NCBI GenBank assembly: GCA_964654285.1
Contig: CAZZJC010000021.1
Coordinates: 5,249-69,248, forward strand
Reading direction: 5' to 3'
Length of the DNA: 64,000 nt
Source of the DNA: an uncultured Candidatus Kuenenia sp.
Lineage (GTDB): Bacteria; Planctomycetota; UBA11346
Shown here: piece after piece, positions 57,315 through 64,000 of the stretch
Layout: every line of letters begins with the position of its first letter
How positions within the stretch are numbered: position 1 is the first letter of the stretch
Notes under the pieces: model-generated
What the model saw: only the letters and a program-made list of their open reading frames with translations
Database searches by the model: none
Told to the model about the DNA's origin: nothing
Translations under genes and position numbers: made by a program

Positions 57315-58628
57315 ATGCCCTTCGCCCCGCCTTCCGCCCCGGTCGTGCAACTCGCCCTGGATTTCCTCAACCTCGAACCCGCGCTGCGCTGCGCCCATGA
57401 GGCCGAACCGGCCGGCTTGCAGTGGGTCGAGGCCGGCACGCCGCTGATCAAGTCGGTCGGGCTGGAGGCCGTGCGCCGCCTGCGCGCCGAGTTCCCGCGC
57501 GCGGTGGTGGTCGCCGACATGAAGGTCATGGACGCGGGCCGCACCGAGGTCGAAGCAGCCAAGAAGTCCGGCGCCGATCTGGTGATGGTGCTCGCCGCCG
57601 CGTCGGACGCGACGATCCAGGAGTGCGTCACCGCCGGCCGGCATCTTGGCGTCGCGATCGGCTGCGACCTGGTGAACTGCGCCGATCCGGTGGCGCGGGC
57701 CAGGCGCTGCGAAGAGCTCGGCGTTGACCTGGTCAGCGTCCACACCCCGATCGACGTGCAGATGACCGGCGCGGACTCCTTCGCACATCTCGCGGCGGTG
57801 GCCCAGGCCGTGCGCATCCCGGTCGCCTGCGCCGGCGGCATCAGCCCGGCGAGCGCCCCGCGTGCGGTCGCGGCCGGGGCGCGGGTGGTCATCGTCGGCG
57901 GCGCCATCACCAAGGCGCCGGATCCGCGCGCCGCGCTGGCGGCGCTCAACGCCGCCCTGGCCACCGGCACGGTCAGTGCGGAAGACGCCGGCCGCTTCCG
58001 CCGGCTCGGGCTGGACGAGATCCGCAAGGTGCTGGAAAAAGTCTCGACCCCGAACCTGTCCGACGCGATGCATCGCGGCGGCGGCCTGCACGGCCTGGTC
58101 AGCCGCAATCCCGCGAAGCGCCTGTGCGGCCCGGCGTTCACCGTGCTCACCGCGCCCGGCGACTGGGCCAAGCCGGTGCAGGCGATCGACGAGGCCAAGC
58201 CGGGCGACGTGCTGGTGATCGACGCCGGCGACGACTATCCCGCGATGTGGGGCGGCCTGGCGTCGCTCACCGCGGTGCAGCGCGGTCTGGGCGGCGTGGT
58301 CATCCGGGGCGCGTGCCGCGATCTCGCCGACATCGTCAGCTCAGGCCTCGCCCTGTGGTCGACCAGGACCTGCGCCGACGCTGGCGAACCACGCGGCCTG
58401 GGCTGCTTCGGCATCCCGCTGGTGCTCGGCGACCAGGCCATCCGCCCCGGCGACTGGCTGGTCGGCGATGAAGACGGCCTCGTCGTCATCCCCGCCGCCC
58501 AGGTGGTCGAGGTCGCCAACCGCGCCGCCGACGTGAACGAACGCGAGACGCGCCTCGCCGCCGAGATCCGCGCCGGCCACAGCCTTTCGACCCTGGCCGA
58601 ACTGAAGCGCTGGGAACAGCGGCGCTGA
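57315..58628 (+). CDS. Bifunctional 3-hexulose-6-phosphate synthase-like (OMP-decarboxylase fold) / RraA-family domain protein
   Basis: N-terminal ...VVQLALDFLNLEPAL...GTPLIKSVGLEAVRRLRAEFPRAVVVADMKVMDAGRTEVEAAKKSGADLVMV... matches HPS/KGPDC. C-terminal ...LSDAMHRGGGLHGL...GDVLVIDAGDDYPAMWGGLASLTAVQRGLGGVVIRGACRD... is an RraA/MenG-like fold. The ATG at 57315 is preferred over the ORF-track start at 57171. Confidence 0.7.
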   Translation: MPFAPPSAPVVQLALDFLNLEPALRCAHEAEPAGLQWVEAGTPLIKSVGLEAVRRLRAEFPRAVVVADMKVMDAGRTEVEAAKKSGADLVMVLAAASDATIQECVTAGRHLGVAIGCDLVNCADPVARARRCEELGVDLVSVHTPIDVQMTGADSFAHLAAVAQAVRIPVACAGGISPASAPRAVAAGARVVIVGGAITKAPDPRAALAALNAALATGTVSAEDAGRFRRLGLDEIRKVLEKVSTPNLSDAMHRGGGLHGLVSRNPAKRLCGPAFTVLTAPGDWAKPVQAIDEAKPGDVLVIDAGDDYPAMWGGLASLTAVQRGLGGVVIRGACRDLADIVSSGLALWSTRTCADAGEPRGLGCFGIPLVLGDQAIRPGDWLVGDEDGLVVIPAAQVVEVANRAADVNERETRLAAEIRAGHSLSTLAELKRWEQRR

Positions 58629-58678
58629 CCTGCGCATCCAGGGGCCGGATCCGGTGGCCTGGGGCCACCGTGCAGCCA

Positions 58679-59635
58679 TCAGCGCAGATGGCGGCGCATC
58701 AGCCGGCGGGTGATGGCATGCAGGCCTTCGGGATCCTCGTTGTCATGCCCATAGTAGTACACGGATAGATGGTCCGGCAGCGGCCCGGACAGATAGGCCT
58801 CGAGATTCGTCTCGTAGATGCCATGGCTCGAGGCCGGGGTCAGCATGTTCTCGACCAGGGCGAAGGTGCCGAGCCCGGCGGCCTCGGCCTCGGCGGCGAA
58901 GCGGGCGCGGATGCGCGGGTCATCGATGCGGTATTTGAACCAGCCGACCTCGCCGCTGCGACGCCACTGGGGCGCCAGGTTGCCGTCGTAGCCATGGAAG
59001 TTCAGACCCGCCGCCCGGCTGACCACCTGGGTGAAACCGGGCGGATCGGTGTCCTGGGCGAAGAGGGTGATGGACAGTTCCGGGCGCAGGCTGCGGGCCA
59101 GCAGATTCAGCTCGCTGAGCAAGTCGCGGTAGGCGACTGCCGTGTCGGCCGGGGTTCCGGGCCGGCCCAGGGCGGCGATGGTGTCGGGGTGGCTGCTGCC
59201 CAGCTTGGTGCCCTTGGGTTCGTCCCAGATGATGCCATCGACGCCGTGATCCGCGACGAGGGTACGTACCAGCTTGCGCAGGTGCTCGCGGTAGAGCGGG
59301 CTATGCAGGCAGGCGAGGGGCCCAGTGACCGGTTGGGGCCCGGGTTCGCCGCATTCCGGATGGGCGGCCAGGAACAGGCTCGGCATCAGGGGCGCACCGG
59401 CCATCCGTCCGCCGATCCGGCTCGGGATCGCCAGCGCCCGCATCCCCCTGGACTGGATCATGCGCACCTGGCGGGCGAAGGTGTGGTATCCGTAGACGTC
59501 ATCGCTCTCCGAATAGGACAGGGCGACCGCGTTGAAACCGCACGCCGCCATCTCCGCCAGATCCTCCTCGATCTGATGCGGGATGACGGTCCAGTTCTGG
59601 TAGCTCAGGGTGTAGGCGGATATCAGCGTTGGCAT
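58679..59635 (-). CDS. Hypothetical protein (possible TIM-barrel glycosyl-hydrolase-like)
   Basis: MPTLISAYTLSYQNWTVIPHQIEEDLAEMAACGFNAVALSYSE...GVDGIIWDEPKG.... It is the tail of ORF 58679..60802, whose upstream part is an artefact. Confidence 0.45.
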   Translation of the reverse strand: MPTLISAYTLSYQNWTVIPHQIEEDLAEMAACGFNAVALSYSESDDVYGYHTFARQVRMIQSRGMRALAIPSRIGGRMAGAPLMPSLFLAAHPECGEPGPQPVTGPLACLHSPLYREHLRKLVRTLVADHGVDGIIWDEPKGTKLGSSHPDTIAALGRPGTPADTAVAYRDLLSELNLLARSLRPELSITLFAQDTDPPGFTQVVSRAAGLNFHGYDGNLAPQWRRSGEVGWFKYRIDDPRIRARFAAEAEAAGLGTFALVENMLTPASSHGIYETNLEAYLSGPLPDHLSVYYYGHDNEDPEGLHAITRRLMRRHLR

Positions 59636-59887
59636 GGGTTCTCGTCGCGTACAGGAGTGACTGCCCGGTGCACCGTGGACACCGGCGAGGGTCCAGGCGA
59701 TCGCGCAGCAGTCAATCTTGACGCCCATGCCTGATCCGCCTGATGCGGATGCCAGCCGCCGACCCGCTCCTCCCCGGCTGGAAGCAGCCGCCGCTGAGCC
59801 GGCAGCGAAGACCGTTCTGCCAGGCGCAGGCGGGATGGTCCGGGTGGGCGTCTTGTCCGGATCCGGGGACGGCCCTACCGTCCGGGC

Positions 59888-60826
59888 ATGGCCCCGCCGA
59901 ACGTGCTCCCGCCCGGCACCGTCGTGTGCGGCTGCGTCATCGAACGGGCGATCGGGCGCGGCGGCATGGGCACGGTCTACCGGGCGCAGCAGGTGTCGCT
60001 CGACCGCGTCGTCGCGGTGAAGGTGCTGCACCCCGGGCGCTGCCGCGACGTGAACCAGCTCGAGGCCTTCCGCCGCGAGGCGCTGGCCACCGGCGCGCTG
60101 CTCCATCCCAACCTCGTCCGCATCCATCAGGTCGAGATCGATCCGGCGCGGCTGCTCGCGGCGTACAGCATGGACCTCGTCCCCGGGCAGAGCGCCACCG
60201 CGCTGCTCGCGGCGCGCGGGCCGTGCGGCCGGGCCCAGGCGCTCGACATCACGGCCCAGGTCGCGGATGCGCTCGGCTACGCCCACCGCAAGGGCGTGGT
60301 GCATCGCGATGTCAAACCGGACAACATCCTCATCGATGCCGAGTTCAACGTGAAGCTGCTCGATCTCGGCCTCGCGCACGACCTCTTCGCCGGTGCGTCC
60401 CAGGCCGCGTCGGTGCACCGCATCTCGCTGGTCGGCACGCCGCAGTGGTCGGCGCCGGAGCAGCTGCGCAACCCCAACCGGGCGGTGCCGGCGAGCGATG
60501 TCTGGAGCCTCGGCGCGACCCTGCATTTCCTGCTGACCGGTTCGCCGCCGTTCAGCGGCGAGACGGTGATCGACCTCATCGTGCGCATCGCCACCGAACC
60601 CCTGCACCTGCCCCTCAACCTGCCGGCCGACTGCGCCCGGCTGCTCCAGGCCATGCTGGTGAAGGATCCCGCGCACCGTCTGCGCGACGGTGCGGCGGTG
60701 GTCGATGCCATCGGCCGGCTCAGCGACGGCCAGCCGTTCGATCTTCCCGAAGGCGAGACCGCGTCGGATGGCCCCGCCGGCCCGGGCGTGGTCCGGCGCC
60801 ACCGCCGCCGCTTCAGGTTGCGCTGA
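59888..60826 (+). CDS. Ser/Thr protein kinase (kinase domain only)
   Basis: GRGGMGTVYRA...VAVK, HRDVKPDNIL, DLGLA and GTPQWSAPE. Confidence 0.8.
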   Translation: MAPPNVLPPGTVVCGCVIERAIGRGGMGTVYRAQQVSLDRVVAVKVLHPGRCRDVNQLEAFRREALATGALLHPNLVRIHQVEIDPARLLAAYSMDLVPGQSATALLAARGPCGRAQALDITAQVADALGYAHRKGVVHRDVKPDNILIDAEFNVKLLDLGLAHDLFAGASQAASVHRISLVGTPQWSAPEQLRNPNRAVPASDVWSLGATLHFLLTGSPPFSGETVIDLIVRIATEPLHLPLNLPADCARLLQAMLVKDPAHRLRDGAAVVDAIGRLSDGQPFDLPEGETASDGPAGPGVVRRHRRRFRLR

Positions 60827-60871
60827 CCGGCGTGCAGCGTTTCAGTTTGGCCGGCATGCGCCGTGCCGCGC

Positions 60872-61714
60872 TCAGGTCGTGCGGCGGTGCTCGGCGGGCC
60901 GCTGGCCGCGTTGGCGGCGCAGGGCCCGCGCCAGATGCGAGGCCGACGAGAACCCCGCCCGCCGCGCCGCCTCGGCCACCTTCATGGCCGGGTCGGCAAG
61001 CAGGCCGGTCGCGAGGTCGAGCCGGGCCTGGAGCACGTGGCGGTGCACGCTGGTGCCGATCTCGCCGGTGAAACGCTGGCAGAAGCGCGAACGCGACAGG
61101 CCGGCGAGGGCGGCGAGGCGTTCGACCGTCCAGCGCGCGGCGGGGTCGGCCTGGATCCCGCGCAGGACGGTCGCCATTTCCGGATCCTTGGGCCAGGCCG
61201 GCGGGGCGCTGGCCGGGGCGCCGAGGCGCAGCGATTCGCCGAGCACCAGGATCAGGGCCGCCCGCACCAGGGCCGGACGCAGGTCATCGGTCCGGCCGAG
61301 CTGCTGCAGGAGCAGGCGGAGCGGGATCTGCACCCCGGTCGCGCCGCGCAGGACGGACCACCGCCCGGCCGGCCAGAGGTCGAGGATGCCCGGCAGCTCG
61401 CGGCGGTAGCGCGCAAGATCGACCCCGAAAAAGAGGAAGCGGTGCCGCGGCTGGGGATTCTCCTCCAGCGCGTGCTCGACCCCGGGCGGAACGATGAGCA
61501 GGTCGCCCGGCCCGATCCGGACCGCCTCGGCCTCGGACCGCCAGCGCGACCAGCCCTCCAACTGCAGGTACCATTCCCAGATCCGGTGCCGGTGGGAGGG
61601 GATGTGCCGCCCGGCCGGCCACCAGTTCTCGCCGGCATGGGTGAGGCCGAGCTCCGCCGGCTCGACGGGGTCGATCCGGTATCCGAGCGGAGCGGTCTGG
61701 GAGGGTCGCGCCAT
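60872..61714 (-). CDS. AraC-family transcriptional regulator (cupin N-domain + AraC HTH)
   Basis: N-terminal cupin-like region (...HRHRIWEWYLQLEGWSRWRSEAEAVRIGPGDLLIVPPGVEHA...). C-terminal ...LSRSRFCQRFTGEIGTSVHRHVLQARLDLATGLLADPAMKVAEAARRAGFSSASHLARALRR is an AraC HTH. The ATG at 61714 is preferred. The ORF-track start at 62014 is upstream. Confidence 0.7.
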   Translation of the reverse strand: MARPSQTAPLGYRIDPVEPAELGLTHAGENWWPAGRHIPSHRHRIWEWYLQLEGWSRWRSEAEAVRIGPGDLLIVPPGVEHALEENPQPRHRFLFFGVDLARYRRELPGILDLWPAGRWSVLRGATGVQIPLRLLLQQLGRTDDLRPALVRAALILVLGESLRLGAPASAPPAWPKDPEMATVLRGIQADPAARWTVERLAALAGLSRSRFCQRFTGEIGTSVHRHVLQARLDLATGLLADPAMKVAEAARRAGFSSASHLARALRRQRGQRPAEHRRTT

Positions 61715-61814
61715 CGGACGGAAGTATCCGTTCCCTGGACGGAAGTACAACGCCGCCCGGCATCCTGCGCCGCCAGGTTCCGCGACGATACCGGCGCAAA
61801 CCCAGGAGAACCCC

Positions 61815-62828
61815 ATGAACAGCCGCGAGCGCGTCAAGCGCACCATCGAGTTCCGCAACCCCGACCGCGCCCCGCGCGACCTCTGGCAGCTGCCGCTGCT
61901 GCGCATGCGCCAGGGCGCGGCGGTGGTCGACGCCTTCGAAGCCCGCTGGGCGCGCGACATCCGCCAGGCGACCGGCCGCAAGAACAAGGCGGTGATGACC
62001 CGTGGCGACGCCACCGCCCTCGGCGAATACCGCGACGAATGGGGCTGCGTCTACGTCAACAAGACCGCCGGCCTCATGGGCGAGGTCAAGGATCCCGTCC
62101 TGGCGGACTGGGACTTCGACCGCATGCACGTGCCGACCGAGCTCCTCGATGTCGACCTTGAGAAGGTCAACGCGTTCGCCACCAACTGCGAGCAATACGT
62201 CCTGGCCTCGGGCTGGGCCCGGCCCTTCGAACGCATCCAGTTCCTGCGCGGGACCGAGAATGTCTACATGGATCTGGCGCAGGACTCGCCCGAGATCCGC
62301 AAGCTGATCGACATCGTGCACGGTTTCTACCTCAAGGACATGCAGACCTGGGTGAAGACCCCGGTCGATGCAGTCGTCATCATGGACGACTGGGGCATGC
62401 AGCGGTCGCTGCTCATCCGCCCGGCGATCTGGCGCAAGGTCTTCAAGCCGCTCTACAAGGAATACTGCGACCTCGCGCACAGCCACGGCAAGCACGTCTG
62501 GATGCACTCCGACGGCTACATCCTCGACATCCTGCCCGACCTCATCGAGATCGGGGTCAACGTCATCAACAGCCAGCTCTTCTGCATGCCGATCGAGGAG
62601 ATCGGTCAGCGCTGCAAGGGGAAGATCGCGTTCTGGGGCGAGATCGACCGCCAGTACGTCCTGCCCACCGGCACGGTGCGCGAGGTCGAGCAGGCGGTGG
62701 AGCGGGTGCATCAGAACCTGTGGCAGAACGGCGGCTGCATCGCCCAGTTCGAATGGACGGCCGAGACGCCACCGGCCAACGCCGAGGCGGTGTATGCCAC
62801 GTGGGATCGCCTGACCGCCACGCGCTGA
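61815..62828 (+). CDS. Uroporphyrinogen-decarboxylase (URO-D) family protein
   Basis: MNSRERVKRTIEFRNPDRAPRDLW... is the characteristic URO-D-like N-terminus. An AGGAGA RBS is present. It is divergent from the AraC regulator. Confidence 0.6.
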   Translation: MNSRERVKRTIEFRNPDRAPRDLWQLPLLRMRQGAAVVDAFEARWARDIRQATGRKNKAVMTRGDATALGEYRDEWGCVYVNKTAGLMGEVKDPVLADWDFDRMHVPTELLDVDLEKVNAFATNCEQYVLASGWARPFERIQFLRGTENVYMDLAQDSPEIRKLIDIVHGFYLKDMQTWVKTPVDAVVIMDDWGMQRSLLIRPAIWRKVFKPLYKEYCDLAHSHGKHVWMHSDGYILDILPDLIEIGVNVINSQLFCMPIEEIGQRCKGKIAFWGEIDRQYVLPTGTVREVEQAVERVHQNLWQNGGCIAQFEWTAETPPANAEAVYATWDRLTATR

Positions 62829-62868
62829 TACCCCTTCTGGCGCGTCGGTTTCCCATCCACATCAACAA

Positions 62869-64000
62869 GGATGCCCCATGCCCCGATGCCTCCACGCGTT
62901 CCTCGCCCTCGCCAGCCTGTCGGTCCTGCCGGCCGGCGAGGCGCCGTTCGGCGCCGATGACTGGAAGGCCTCGCCCACCGATCCGGTCGGCTTCGCCGGC
63001 CAGGGCGGCCACTGGTATCCAGGCGCGACTCCGCCGAGCGAGTTCTGGGAAGGAACCCCGGTCGAGACCGAGGTGAAGAACGCCGAGGGCAAGGTGCGGA
63101 AGGAATGGGGCTACGCCGACCAGAAGGCGAAGAACATCCTCTGGAAGGTCGCGGTGCCGGGCTGGAGCGACAGCCTGCCCGTCGTCGTCGGCAAGCGGGT
63201 GATCAGCCTGACCTCGCCGCACTACGTGACCTGCTACGATGCCGACACCGGCAAGGTGCTGTGGCAGGATGCGCTGAAATTCATGACCCTGCCGGTGCTG
63301 GCCAAGGACCGCAAGTCCATCGGACCGGTTCCCGACCCGGCGAAGGCCGTCGCGCAGCAGCAGCTGTTCGAACTCACCCTGGGCTGGTGGCGGGCGCGCC
63401 TGGGGGCGACGGCGACCTACCGGGACAACAGGGCGCCGGTGGATCTGACCCCGCGCAAGGAATTCATCCAGAGCCTGATCCCGGATCTGGAAAGGTGGAA
63501 GAACGAATTGAAGGGCGCCTACCCCGATATCGGGCCGGTCCTGGACGGCGAGATCGCCTTCCTCCAACGCTGCCTCAAGCCGGGCGAAGATCTCAGCGTG
63601 GTGCCGGCGGGCATGAAATCGCACCGCCACGCCGTCTACGCGGGCAAGGTTCCGGCGACGGTGTCCGCCGGTCCGGACCTGATCTTCTACGCCGGCGAGA
63701 AGCTGGGCGTGCCGGCGGACGACACCTTCTGCAATGGCTGGCAGGGGAACCACAGCGACACCATGGCCACCCCGGTCAGCGATGGCGAGATCGTCGGCGT
63801 CACCTTCGGCCATGGGCAGATCGCCGCATATGAGGTGGTCACCGGCAAGCGGCTGTGGGCCTGGCGCGATCCGCAATTGTTCGCCAGCAGTGCGGGACAT
63901 TGCCAGTCACCGCTGCTGTGGAAGGATCTGCTGCTCGTCCCCGGCGGCGGGATGAGCGCCAAGCGGGGCAAGTCGGATCCGGACAGCTACACCATGACCA
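62869..64000 (+). CDS. Secreted PQQ-like beta-propeller repeat protein, paralog of 7100..8767 (3' end beyond window)
   Basis: MPRCLHAFLALASLSVLPAGEA is a signal peptide. WKVAVPGWSDSLPVVVGKRVISLTSPHYVTCYDADTGKVLWQD parallels WEFRLKGWGHSSPVVVQDQVIVTIEA...VDLKTGKERWR in the first paralog. It reads openly to position 64000. Confidence 0.6.

Overview
This 64 kb window is a high-GC (~68-70%) chromosomal segment of a Gram-negative bacterium. It is mostly core metabolism. On top of that there are several accessory or unusual loci.

Taxonomy: lpxA and an outer-membrane phospholipase pldA are present. A small-basic-protein-like gene and several Ser/Thr kinases suggest a PVC-superphylum organism (Verrucomicrobiota or Planctomycetota). 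This placement is unverified.

Core genes recognised by eye (coordinates, starts and per-gene evidence are in the features list): glnA, gap, lpxA, aroA, rsmD, glnD, a CobB-type sirtuin, tilS, an XPB-like helicase, mreB, glgB, an RluA-family pseudouridine synthase, menD, tyrS, leuS, sppA, pldA and a PatB/MalY-type C-S lyase.

Accessory or unusual content:
- 1..4201 (-): a very large secreted S8 subtilase (signal peptide at 4201) whose C-terminal part consists of at least 7 near-identical 285-bp (95-aa) Ig-like tandem repeats running off the left edge of the window.
- 27936..28084 and 36893..37044: two copies of a ~150-bp multi-hairpin MITE/REP-like element, both inserted in coding sequence. One disrupts an ORF6N/KilA-N-type gene. 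The other sits in-frame inside a GH38 alpha-mannosidase.
- 43779..44249: a sharply low-GC (~47%) island gene encoding a HEAT/LRV-repeat-like protein, translationally coupled to a YedJ-like HD hydrolase.
- 51630..54659: a ~1000-aa Ser/Thr kinase fused through a disordered DRQ-rich linker to a DUF342/FapA-like beta-helical domain, divergent from sppA.
- 23102..24841: TilS read in-frame into a GlmU-N-terminal-like nucleotidyltransferase.
- 41212..41832: a HAD hydrolase interrupted by an in-frame TAG.
- 47740..50073: a 2Fe-2S ferredoxin-like gene coupled to a 681-aa uncharacterised enzyme-like protein.
- 7100..8767 and 62869..64000: two paralogous secreted PQQ-like beta-propeller proteins, each beside an AraC-family regulator.
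- 15034..15192: a 52-aa small-basic-protein-like gene with a textbook RBS that is absent from the ORF track.
- Several strongly structured convergent intergenic regions (8892..8982, 9118..9147, 30576..30677, 50125..50425, 54660..54900).

Many long ORFs in the supplied track are antisense or frame artefacts typical of high-GC DNA (for example 440..2536, 8502..10778, 22304..24958, 28115..30592, 37236..40700, 44460..47687, and the two 1387- and 1487-aa ORFs at 50-54 kb). These were rejected.

No rRNA, tRNA or CRISPR array was recognised. Every function was called by eye from motifs. No database search was run.
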